In this document: positions 16,787 through 26,200 of the stretch, piece after piece
Position numbering within the stretch: the stretch's first letter is position 1
How the letters are laid out: each line of letters begins with the position of its first letter
NCBI GenBank assembly: GCA_964512235.1
Contig: CAZEGD010000003.1
Coordinates: 101-64,100 of the forward strand
DNA: 64,000 bases
Origin: an uncultured archaeon
Lineage (GTDB): Archaea > Aenigmatarchaeota > Aenigmatarchaeia > CG10238-14 > SCSR01
Direction of reading: 5' to 3'
The notes under the pieces: generated by a model
The model's database searches: none
What the model was told of the DNA's origin: nothing
The model's input: only the letters and a program-made list of their open reading frames with translations
Position numbers and translations under genes: made by a program

Positions 16787-18742
16787 TTGATGGTCAGAAG
16801 AGTCTCTAGGGAATACGATGAATTCTTGCGCGGCAAAGTGGAAATCAAGCCCACTCTGTATAGCCAAGCGTGCAAATTTGCAGAGAAAATCCTGCCTATC
16901 CAACCGGGAAAGGATTTGAATAAAAGATACCAGGAAGCGATAAATTTCTCGCACTTGAATGTCACTCCAAAAGGCGCGTTTTCCCTTGCAATTCTAGCCC
17001 TGTTATTAGTCGCAATAATTCCAATAGTTTTAGCTATTCTCCTCGGTATGTTCACAATCGGCCTTGTGGCGATGGCAATGATTTTTGCCGGCGTCACATT
17101 CTACTACCTGTATGACTATCCTCTGCACCATTCCGTGATTTTCCGTATAAAGGCAAGCTCAGAGATGGTCCTAGCTATAGTCTATATGACAATAGCGATG
17201 CGCATATCTCCGAATTTGGAGAATGCAGTCAAGTTTGCAGCCCGCAGTCTTAGCGGACCACTCGCTACAGATCTAAAGCAACTCATATGGGACGTCTATA
17301 TGAGGAAATACGACTCTATGTCTGAAGCTTTGGACGCTTTCATAACCAAGTGGAAGGTCGAAAACAGGGAATTCACAGAAGCCATATACTTGATAAAGAA
17401 CTCTTCTATAGGAACCACTGCAAGAAGGGAGAGCGTGCTAGATGAGGCAGTCTCAGTCGTGCTTGAGGGTACAAAGGAGAGGATGAAGCACTACGCGCAG
17501 GATCTGAGAACACCAGTCACAATATTGAATGCGATGGGAATACTGTTGCCTCTCATAGGGCTTGTGTTTTTGCCGCTTGTAGGACTCTTTATGTCAGAGA
17601 TATTCCAGCCAGTCTTTATAATAGTGGGCTACAATGTGATACTTCCACTGTCCGTGTATTGGATGATGAAGACCACTCTTGAGAAGAGACCATATAGCTT
17701 CCACCAGCCAGACCTTTCAAGGCACCCGAAGTTCAGAAAAAAGAAGATTGACACAACACTCATCATCTCAATGCTAATTCCTCTACCCACTACGGTCTTT
17801 GGGTTCTACTATTTTATGACTATAAAAGAGATTTTCAGCAATACTCTGCTATACTGTTCGCTGATAACGCTGTCGGGAATAGTTGGTGGCATAGTATTCT
17901 ATTGCATAATGTCTACTTGGAAGAAACTGAAAATAAGGCAGGAGATTATTGAAATAGAGCAAGGATTTACTGAAGCACTGTTCCAGATTGGCAAGCAACT
18001 GCAGCGTGGTATACCTATAGAGAAAGCAATCGAAAGGTTTGTAATGAATATGAAGGACTTGAAGATTGCAAGGATGTTCGAAATGGTTCTTTACAACATA
18101 AAGACTTTTGGAATGACATTCGAGCAGGCGGTCTTCGATGAGGAAAGGGGTGCAATAAGACAATATCCGTCCAAGACCGTGGATGCCACAATGCGCGCAA
18201 TAGTCGAAATCTCCAAGAGAGGCATGAAAGTGGTCTCGAATGCGATGATATCAATATCGAGATATATGAAAGACGTGCATGTCGTGGAAGAGGACCTTAG
18301 AGACATGCTGTCCGAGACTACGTCCACTATGAACATACAAGCCCTCTTCCTAGCACCGTTGACATCTGGGATAGTGATATCGATTTCCGCAATAATGATG
18401 CAGATGCTGCTGTCGTTCAAGGGAATGCTAGAAAGCATACAGGACCAGCTGTTCGCCTCCGGCCCATCTGGGTTCATGAGCGGCGGGATACTGACGTCAG
18501 TCCTCAATATAAACAAGATGATACCTGTGCACATATTCCAGCTCATAGTGGGCATATACCTGATAGAAGTGGTAGCGATGCTCGCGATGTTTCTCAGCAA
18601 GATACAATACGGCGAAGAGAATCTGATAAGGACCTATAACATAGGCAAGATGCTCTTATTGGCTACAGTTATCTATATGCTTATCGCGTTTTCGCTCTAT
18701 TCGGTATTCACATCAATCATGCCGGTTTTAATCATGCAGTAA
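16787..18742 (+). CDS. Type IV filament platform membrane protein (PilC/ArlJ/TadC, T2SS-F family)
   Basis: 651-aa polytopic protein directly downstream of the ATPase and first pilin. It has two cytoplasmic helical domains separated by TM blocks, as in ArlJ/PilC. The likely ATG is at 16790. Confidence 0.85.
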   Translation: MMVRRVSREYDEFLRGKVEIKPTLYSQACKFAEKILPIQPGKDLNKRYQEAINFSHLNVTPKGAFSLAILALLLVAIIPIVLAILLGMFTIGLVAMAMIFAGVTFYYLYDYPLHHSVIFRIKASSEMVLAIVYMTIAMRISPNLENAVKFAARSLSGPLATDLKQLIWDVYMRKYDSMSEALDAFITKWKVENREFTEAIYLIKNSSIGTTARRESVLDEAVSVVLEGTKERMKHYAQDLRTPVTILNAMGILLPLIGLVFLPLVGLFMSEIFQPVFIIVGYNVILPLSVYWMMKTTLEKRPYSFHQPDLSRHPKFRKKKIDTTLIISMLIPLPTTVFGFYYFMTIKEIFSNTLLYCSLITLSGIVGGIVFYCIMSTWKKLKIRQEIIEIEQGFTEALFQIGKQLQRGIPIEKAIERFVMNMKDLKIARMFEMVLYNIKTFGMTFEQAVFDEERGAIRQYPSKTVDATMRAIVEISKRGMKVVSNAMISISRYMKDVHVVEEDLRDMLSETTSTMNIQALFLAPLTSGIVISISAIMMQMLLSFKGMLESIQDQLFASGPSGFMSGGILTSVLNINKMIPVHIFQLIVGIYLIEVVAMLAMFLSKIQYGEENLIRTYNIGKMLLLATVIYMLIAFSLYSVFTSIMPVLIMQ

Positions 18743-18767
18743 ATAAGATTTAGATAGGGGAATAACG

Positions 18768-18905
18768 ATGAATGGACGCAAAAGCGAAATGAACATGAAG
18801 TCGATATGGTTTCTGGTCCTGTTAATTCTACTTATCTTTCTGATAATTTTATTTTATACACTCGGCAATGAAATAATTGAGGTACTTACCTCCACCTTCG
18901 CTTAA
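18768..18905 (+). CDS. Possible small single-TM ORF (45 aa)
   Basis: Read by hand and below the ORF-track cutoff: MNGRKSEMNMKSIWFLVLLILLIFLIILFYTLGNEIIEVLTSTFA. It fills the gap between the platform gene and P2. No K-G junction. Confidence 0.3.
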   Translation: MNGRKSEMNMKSIWFLVLLILLIFLIILFYTLGNEIIEVLTSTFA

Positions 18906-18907
18906 AA

Positions 18908-19135
18908 ATGGGGAATGATATGAAAAAAAGAAGAAAGGGAATTGCAATAGAGACTATAGTGTATTTGGTGCTTGCGATCGTGGGACTAATTGTTCTATGG
19001 GTTTTCCTTTCAGGTCTGGCCCCAGTAATCAAAACAACCGTAGAGGAGATAGTGAAGGGAATAGGCTGCAAGATATGCGAAATATTTGGGGTTGCCGGCT
19101 GGGTTCTTAGCGCATTTTGCAGGAACTGCCCATAA
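18908..19135 (+). CDS. Prepilin-like mini-protein P2 (RKG|IAIETIV) with two CxxC pairs
   Basis: 75 aa. Leader MGNDMKKRRKG, a hydrophobic helix, then GCKICEIFG...FCRNCP. Confidence 0.7.
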   Translation: MGNDMKKRRKGIAIETIVYLVLAIVGLIVLWVFLSGLAPVIKTTVEEIVKGIGCKICEIFGVAGWVLSAFCRNCP

Positions 19136-19161
19136 TAAGTAAAAGTTTCTTTGGACAAGAT

Positions 19162-19204
19162 AATCGACAGTTTTAATTCTAGGACTCGAAATAATAATTA
19201 TGGA
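19162..19204 (+). promoter_or_regulatory. Repeated 5' module, copy 1 (TATA-like TTTTAATT plus start codon) of pilin P3
   Basis: AATCGACAGTTTTAATTCTAGGACTCGAAATAATAATTATGGA matches 19921..19963 at 42 of 43 nt. Confidence 0.6.
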
Positions 19205-19865
19205 AATAAGAATGTCTGGGAGTAAAGGGGGAGGGATACCGACCAGGTGGATTGTCTTGGGATTTTTAGGTGTACTCGTCATATTGGGCATTTATGTAGT
19301 CTACGCGAAAGGTCATGAAATGTCTGGAGGTCTATTCGGTTTTTGGGACGACCTTTTTGGAGGAGGAGGACAAACGGGAGGAAAGACGGAGTTCGAGGCT
19401 GCCATAGAATGTGCTTATTACAGGTGCAAAGAGAACTGCCCGTATGCAATAACTAAAGCCGGAGCTGTCGGTGATTTTAATTGCCTAGATTATTGCAAAG
19501 AAGAATGGACTGATGACAATAGACGAATTTGTGATGGACATCCTATCGAAATACAGTTAAGTAGTGGTGAAACTATAGAGGCCAGTTGGTGGCGCCAGAT
19601 TACAGGGGGCTCCAACAATGCACTATCTCGATCGGACTGTATAGTGGACAGAATATATAGGTATAGCAATCTCAACCTAATTTTTCCAATAGACTCCTCA
19701 GAATGCAACATAGAAAGTGCTGGTGTAGATGGAATAATCTACAGCAGTTGCAAGTTGACATCAGATGGTACTTTTTACATATGGAGTGAAAAACACTATT
19801 GGCCAAATGAATGTACAGTTGGTGCTACTTGTATAGCTACCATAATTTGCGACAGGCAACCGTGA
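19200..19865 (+). CDS. Prepilin-like protein P3 (SKGGG|IPTRW), 12 Cys
   Basis: K-G leader plus a hydrophobic helix. Shares the FEAAIECAYYRCKENCPY block with P4. Confidence 0.75.
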   Translation: MEIRMSGSKGGGIPTRWIVLGFLGVLVILGIYVVYAKGHEMSGGLFGFWDDLFGGGGQTGGKTEFEAAIECAYYRCKENCPYAITKAGAVGDFNCLDYCKEEWTDDNRRICDGHPIEIQLSSGETIEASWWRQITGGSNNALSRSDCIVDRIYRYSNLNLIFPIDSSECNIESAGVDGIIYSSCKLTSDGTFYIWSEKHYWPNECTVGATCIATIICDRQP

Positions 19866-19920
19866 AATATTTTGAGAATATAAATTTAGTCGATTTAGAC
19901 TCAATGATATGATAATTAAA

Positions 19921-19963
19921 AATCGACAGTTTTAATTCTAGAACTCGAAATAATAATTATGGA
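19921..19963 (+). promoter_or_regulatory. Repeated 5' module, copy 2, of pilin P4
   Basis: See 19162..19204. Confidence 0.6.
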
Positions 19964-20636
19964 TATAGAAACACCTAGAGGTAAAGGTGTCGCAATGAGA
20001 ACTATAGTTTTAGTCGCAATCGGCGTCGGCGGCTTGTTATTCGGTTTTATTATGCTTACAGGAATCGGAGATGCTAGGGAAAATATAATTGACATCCTCC
20101 TTGGTTTAGGTAGCTCTGCTAAAGGACCATCAAAATTGGAAGTGGCAATAGAATGTGCTTATTACAGATGTAAAGAGGGATGTCCACATGGTGCTGAGAA
20201 TGTTGAAATTATCGATGGTTTTGAGTGTTTAAAATTCTGCGACGAAGCAGTAGTCAATAGTGTTGATAGCAATGGAGACAAGAAAATATGCGGCTCCGAG
20301 TCCAGAGATTATCCGGTAACAATCTCGATAGAGGCAAGTTATGTGCATACTAACACGATTGATGATGCTGGCTCCGAGCTGAGCTCGATCGTAGAATTTA
20401 ACGAAGAAACCGTAGGCTGTGAAAACTTCAGGCCGTCATATGCATATCTATATGTAACTAGGTCAATGATAGTCGACGGAAAAACAGAGATCTGTCCTAC
20501 ACGCAATATGGCCTATGGTGGATACAACTGCTACGATAATGTTAAAGTAGCCGCAGGAGATTACTCTATTTGGGTACATAACATCTATGTTCTTGGCGTA
20601 TACGTCGGTACATCGCCTATAGTCTGCATGGGATAG
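19959..20636 (+). CDS. Prepilin-like protein P4 (RGKG|VAMRTIV), 10 Cys, paralog of P3
   Basis: LEVAIECAYYRCKEGCPH block and the same leader architecture as P3. Confidence 0.75.
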   Translation: MDIETPRGKGVAMRTIVLVAIGVGGLLFGFIMLTGIGDARENIIDILLGLGSSAKGPSKLEVAIECAYYRCKEGCPHGAENVEIIDGFECLKFCDEAVVNSVDSNGDKKICGSESRDYPVTISIEASYVHTNTIDDAGSELSSIVEFNEETVGCENFRPSYAYLYVTRSMIVDGKTEICPTRNMAYGGYNCYDNVKVAAGDYSIWVHNIYVLGVYVGTSPIVCMG

Positions 20637-20725
20637 TTCCATAAAAGTTTCTACAACTTTAGTGGAAATTAATAATTTTATTCAAGACTAACCTTTAAAA
20701 AGAAGGAATTGAAAATAAGATATAG

Positions 20726-21061
20726 GTGATAGGTAGAATGATGAAAAAAGGAATAGCAGTTCCTTACATTATTGCCCTTATTCTGGGAATAGTAGTTGTA
20801 GCTCTGCTAGGTTACTGGTTCTTCATACTAGGTGGAACTTTCACCGGTAGAGCTTCAATCACAGAGTGCCAGACCAAATTGAGTACATACTGTGCTGCAT
20901 TCGCAGCTTCAGGCTATGACACAGCAGCGTTCGATCCCTTTACTAGTAGCACTTGCCCAGCAAGCGGTACAGTAGACGCCCCTGAATGTTGCTCACACTA
21001 TAGCTCTCTAATGACTGGTGCTAGCTGGACAGCCACTTGCACGAATTTAATAGGGCAGTAA
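20726..21061 (+). CDS. Prepilin-like protein P5 (KKG|IAVPYIIALILG), 6 Cys
   Basis: The listed start is GTG and an ATG follows at 20738. The mature N-terminus closely resembles P1. Confidence 0.75.
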   Translation: MIGRMMKKGIAVPYIIALILGIVVVALLGYWFFILGGTFTGRASITECQTKLSTYCAAFAASGYDTAAFDPFTSSTCPASGTVDAPECCSHYSSLMTGASWTATCTNLIGQ

Positions 21062-21075
21062 AATAAAGTGGAAAT

Positions 21076-21282
21076 ATGAAAGGTAGTATACCAGTTCCTT
21101 ATTTAATAGCCATAATACTAGCTGTAGTCGTTATAGTTGTGCTTGTCTACATGTATCTTTCTGAAAGCGGATTATTCTCTCAAGTAATTGATGAGAAATA
21201 TTGCCAGGCAAAGTGTATGGAATGCAAAGCGACAGGGGGTTCAATGCCACCTGAGTGCATTGATTATCCTTGTGACCTGTAG
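21076..21282 (+). CDS. Prepilin-like mini-protein P6 (MKG|SIPVPYLIAIIL), 5 Cys
   Basis: 68 aa with the head CQAKCMECK...ECIDYPC. Confidence 0.7.
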   Translation: MKGSIPVPYLIAIILAVVVIVVLVYMYLSESGLFSQVIDEKYCQAKCMECKATGGSMPPECIDYPCDL

Positions 21283-21332
21283 CTGTTGACAACCAGACTA
21301 ACATCTAAATAAAATAAAAAGAAATATAGTTT

Positions 21333-21650
21333 ATGAAGGTCAAGCCAGCTACTACGGATTCTAAAGGCGTAGCAGTTCACACAATCGTAATAGTTATGAT
21401 ATTCGGGATTATGATGCTAATCCTTCTACTGGTATTTTCAGAATATCTTGGAATACAGAACTGCGAGGCTGCAAGGATGGCCTGCTCGACTGCTAGGGCG
21501 TCACACTGCTTCAGTTGGTGGAAAAACGACAATAGCTTTAGCTCTGGCGAGCCTGATTGGGAGAACATAAACGACTGCGACGATACCGGATTGGTGAGTT
21601 GTGACAAACCCGACAGGTCAGAATGCTTAGACTTGATATTCAGCGATTAA
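21333..21650 (+). CDS. Prepilin-like protein P7 (DSKG|VAVHTIV), 6 Cys
   Basis: 105 aa with a K-G junction and a hydrophobic helix. Confidence 0.7.
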   Translation: MKVKPATTDSKGVAVHTIVIVMIFGIMMLILLLVFSEYLGIQNCEAARMACSTARASHCFSWWKNDNSFSSGEPDWENINDCDDTGLVSCDKPDRSECLDLIFSD

Positions 21651-21706
21651 ATTTCTAGGTTTTGAAATGAAAAACAATTAATTAAACCAAAGAGTAATTT
21701 TTAATT

Positions 21707-22162
21707 ATGAGCCAAAAGGGAGACGCTACCATAAGCGTTCTCGGTACAGCTGTAATTATGGCCATCATGGTCATCTTTGTTGCAAACATCGTCCCAGATT
21801 ATGTAGTGTCTGCATTCGAGTTTATGAGCTCATCCTCGGCCGAGGTAGTCTCTAGGAATTTAGCAGGTTTTATAACAATAAGTGCGGCAGCTCCGAATGA
21901 AATCAGCATCGATTACTTTGCATCTAAAAGCAGTGAGTACAATGTGAAGATTGAGAACAGAGTTATAAATCTAGACCTGTTGTCCGCGAGCTTCGGCGCG
22001 AAAGGAGGTTCCATCACAAAAGCGGGTATAGACTCTATCTGCTATTATACGGACACTATCTGCAGATTCGACGGGGTAAATCACTTCACCATAAAGAAAT
22101 GGTCGGATGAGGACGGTTACATTTGTAATGTCAACGGTGAGATGAGTCTGAATGAAGATTGA
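21707..22162 (+). CDS. Prepilin-like protein P8 (SQKG|DATISVL)
   Basis: 151 aa. The stop overlaps the start of P9 by 11 nt. Confidence 0.7.
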   Translation: MSQKGDATISVLGTAVIMAIMVIFVANIVPDYVVSAFEFMSSSSAEVVSRNLAGFITISAAAPNEISIDYFASKSSEYNVKIENRVINLDLLSASFGAKGGSITKAGIDSICYYTDTICRFDGVNHFTIKKWSDEDGYICNVNGEMSLNED

Positions 22163-22808
22163 CTGCTCTAAAAGAAGTAAAGGAATCGGAGATTTAGTAC
22201 CCTATGCGATTATGGCTTTACTGATTATAGGTGTAGTTGTAATCTTCTACATTCTCATGATGACAAAGTTTTTGGATATTAGAACAATTGTAATGGAAGC
22301 CGGTGTCGAAAGACATACCCTAAATTTGGCCCAAGTATTGCTGAGCTATGACAAGCTCGTGTATGTGGAAGAAGACTATTTCAGCATACATAGAGGTATA
22401 TTTGTCAAAGAAAAGCTCGATGAGCAATTCAAAGACGGTAGCGAACTTACAAATGAACTCGGCTATCCAGATTCTGTAATCCTATTGTATGTAAAAGATT
22501 TCGATGCTAACAAGGAATGGGCTCTAAGATACAAAGGCCCTTTCAACTTGGAAGGTTCTAAAGCAGCAAGTTTCATAGAATGTCTGAACGAGAAGACAGA
22601 ATTCGATGTCATACTTTTGTTTCAAATGATACTCTCACCTATTTCACATGTTGGCCCATGGGACTATTACACCATCGCTGAGTGCACATCATCGTTCGCT
22701 TCAGACTATGGAACCTCTGTTAGGAGGTTCCCAGTCGCAATCAAAGATGGAAATGAAATACACGCTGGTATATTGGTAGTTACAATTGACGAATGGACTT
22801 TGATCTAA
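22152..22808 (+). CDS. Prepilin-like protein P9 (RSKG|IGDLVPY)
   Basis: 218 aa. Overlaps P8 and P10, which suggests translational coupling. Confidence 0.7.
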   Translation: MKIDCSKRSKGIGDLVPYAIMALLIIGVVVIFYILMMTKFLDIRTIVMEAGVERHTLNLAQVLLSYDKLVYVEEDYFSIHRGIFVKEKLDEQFKDGSELTNELGYPDSVILLYVKDFDANKEWALRYKGPFNLEGSKAASFIECLNEKTEFDVILLFQMILSPISHVGPWDYYTIAECTSSFASDYGTSVRRFPVAIKDGNEIHAGILVVTIDEWTLI

Positions 22809-23293
22809 TGAAATACAATAATTTGAAAATTAAAGGGAGAAAGGGAATTGCACCCATTATCATAATCCCAATACTTTTAGCACTGATTACATTCTCAGCA
22901 GTAATCATTGCAGTAATGCCAATCATATTCCTCAAAGTCAACCTAGTCCAGATGATTACATTTGAATATAACTACAACAACGCGCAGCTGGCTCTGAATA
23001 CATTGCTCTCTCTAACGAAGACAGACACGACAGACGGTCAGGTAAAGCCTGTCTATAAAATTATCTCAGAGTATGTGTCATTGCCGCAAAAGCCAAATAT
23101 ACTTTTTCTGAGGGTCGAGCTTAACAGGATGGTAAATAATGGAATATTCAAGTGCTACAAGCTCACATCCCAGACAGCTGGCGAGCTGGCAAGGGGAAGT
23201 TGCGATCCCACTAGTGATGGTGAATATTACAAAGCAGTTTCACCTGTTTTAACACCTACATTCGTAGATAGACTGGAGTTGATGGTGGATTGA
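22793..23293 (+). CDS. Prepilin-like protein P10 (GRKG|IAPIIII)
   Basis: 166 aa. Has a 4-nt ATGA-type overlap with the P11 start region. Confidence 0.7.
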   Translation: MDFDLMKYNNLKIKGRKGIAPIIIIPILLALITFSAVIIAVMPIIFLKVNLVQMITFEYNYNNAQLALNTLLSLTKTDTTDGQVKPVYKIISEYVSLPQKPNILFLRVELNRMVNNGIFKCYKLTSQTAGELARGSCDPTSDGEYYKAVSPVLTPTFVDRLELMVD

Positions 23294-26200
23294 GAGCTAG
23301 AGCAAAGAAAAGAAGCAAAGGCCTAATAGTGGCGGCCATACTCGTCATAGCAGCTATTGCTATCGCTGGTGCAGGCATTTACTACTCCAATTTCATCTAT
23401 AGAGTCCAGACTACAGTGGAGATAGTGAAAGAGGCCACAATTGTAGAAGCGATAAACTATGTAGAGATGCTGAAGATAGGGCTACGTAACGCTGTAGGAT
23501 ATTCTGTCTATAGGGCATCGGATGACGTTTTGACTCTGGGCGGAATCTGCGAGCACAGCCTGCAATCCTCAGAGTCGGGATATTGCACAGAAGATTGCAA
23601 GATACCGGCAGGCACTCCAACATTCGAGTGTACTCCCTGGTGGAAGGTCCATGATAAAATATACGCCCCCACGAAAGGGGAATTCATGGAATATATGACT
23701 AACAGAACGCTCCAGAACTTTGAAGGATATGCGAATATGCTCGAAGTCCAAGACCTTGAGGTACCGAACTACTGTCCCCCTCTGGGAAGAGACTGTAGCG
23801 GGTGCTTGACAGATTCAGAATGTCCAGAAGGCTGCAACGGCTTAAGAGAGACTGGCGGAGTTGCCACCATAGAATCAACAAAAAGTTTAGACCCCGAAAT
23901 AAAAACAAAGATGGAGAGCAAGAATGACTATTTGAAGAATGAAAAAATAGAATACGAACGCGACTTCTTCACAGTAGCTGACAATTCATCTTTCACGGAC
24001 ACCGTCAAAGCCACTACTTTTTCACTGTTTGACTTTGCAAGAGACAAATTTATAGAGAATGACTATATCTCCCAAGTATTTGATCAGGGAGACGAGCCCA
24101 TGCCGAACACATGGTGTGCCATGACAGCAGATAACTACTGTGATGTAACCTCGGATTGTCGTCAGGACACAAACAACTGTTGGAATGGTGACTGTTGCTG
24201 TAAAGGCATCTATTACGGCAACGTATGTTTAGATGAATTGCCAAACTGTGAAGCAGGACTGGATCAATACTGTAAAAGAGACTATACAGGCACGACTTGC
24301 ATGGAAGCAGACTCTAATTGCGACAATACAATATCAGCGAAGGAATATTACAACTATACTGTGAAAGGACAGTTGTCGATAGACGAAGATGAGACTGATG
24401 CATATGGAAATAAATTCAGGGTAAAAACGGCTCTTGATGGATGCATAGAAGTTGGCACTGAATCTACACAGACATACAGTGAAATCGTGGAAGTGAATTG
24501 GTATGACTACGATCCTGTCGCAGACCAAGCAGACTGTGACGTGATTACAGCAGAAGGGTGTGGATGCGGAGAATACTGCACTGCATCTGATCCGGAATGC
24601 GGGGATTGTATAGGGATAACTCCTGGCATCTTCGATGGACCGTGTCCATGGGAGACGCTGAGCTGTCCAGATGAATGTTGTGGTCTGGAATGGGAATGTA
24701 TAGAATGGGAAGAACCAGGTCCGTGTGAAGAGCCTGAAGAAACAGATATTGCCGTAGAAGCTAACTTTCAATATCTCGTGCTTGCAGAAAGCCCTGTCTG
24801 TACAGATTCAGATGGCGGTGCCAATAACCTAGTCTATGGTTGCTGTGAATATGGTACAGACACTTATTGTGACTATTGTGATGGTACCAATGTTGTCGAA
24901 TACTATTGTTCACCTGTGATTAACCCAACACATTGCGGCTCTATAACTCACGGCTGTGTAGGGTGGTATGGTGCTGGTGCTACCTGCTCAGGTGGGAAAT
25001 GTATAGAACCTACGACCACAACCACAACTACACTTCCCCCTGTCTGTACAGATTCAGATGATTGTCCAGCCATAGATACAGATGGAGGCTATAACCTATA
25101 TGAGAAAGGTACTTGTTCATGGAGAATTTGTGATAGTGATCATAACTGTAAAGTTACTTACACTCAAACAGATTCTTGTATCAGTAGCACTAAAGTTTAT
25201 GAAATGCGTCCAGGCTCTCCAGTTAACTATTGCGATGGAGAAACAGAAAATTGCCCTTCTGGTACCATATGTTCAGATGGCGCTTGTGTTGAAACAACTA
25301 CAACAACCACCACGACTACCACAACACTTCCAGCGACATGTATAAATCATAATGAATGCTCTCAAGCGTGTACAGATCTATGTCCTTATATGGTATACGG
25401 TTGCTGCTACGGCTGTATGCTAGGTCAATGTATAGGTGGTACATGCCAGTGCATAGAGAAACCCACATATTGCTCAGGCAGTCCTATTTCTCAAGTCGGC
25501 AGTCAATGTATAGTTGGTCCAGTTTGCTCTGATATAGGATTAGGCACACCTTCTGTCAGTCCCTCAACCCCAACAGCTGGCAGCACATTCCAAATATCAT
25601 GCCCTGTCACTCAGGTAGGAGCAGACTGTATAGCAGCATATGCCAATGATATGAGCTCTAGGTGTAATTACACTCATTGGTCAGGCAATAACGCTGTTTT
25701 TAACTGTCCAGGTCTAGCAGCAGGTACTTATACTGCAAGGTGTACTTCCCAGACAGAAACCCCCAGCAATTGTTGTTATGATACAACAACAACATCTTAT
25801 GCTACAATAACACCTACACACGACATAGTAGTCGGTGTCACACAGGGCTCTGGAGCGGTAAATGTCGCTATAAATGGTATCCCAGTCCAGACTGTCACTG
25901 AAGCATCAACAGCCACAATCACGTTCGAGCACGGAGATAGTGCATCATTTGAAGCAATCCCATCATCAGGTTATACGCTAGAGAGCTATTGCGGCTGGGT
26001 CACTGATGGTGAGGTTGTATGTTGCACACCAGATGAGTGCCCTTCACCACTCATAAGACCAATTTGGGAAAGTGGTGGACTATATGTTAACTTTGTTGCA
26101 AGTGTAACATGTACTAAACATGAAATTAGGTTGGAATGTAGGGATTCTATCTGCGGCTTCCCAGGCTGTTGTAAAAAAGCCGCTTATATGAAAGATGTCA

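Noticed and set aside
14131-18742. Interpretation as an archaellum (motility) operon
   Set aside because: No ArlH (KaiC-like), ArlF/G or ArlC/D/E homologs are present, and there are no archaellin-like conserved N-termini. The pilin set and giant adhesin fit an adhesive type IV pilus better.
19162-19963. Repeated 43-nt blocks as a possible mini-CRISPR or other repeat array
   Set aside because: There are only two copies, each includes a start codon, and a 716-nt coding sequence separates them. This is a gene duplication. No CRISPR-like array exists anywhere in the window.
25012-25326. ACN-rich tracts as microsatellite or non-coding repeats
   Set aside because: They are in frame within the P11 ORF and use mixed Thr codons, so they are coding poly-Thr linkers rather than simple-sequence DNA.
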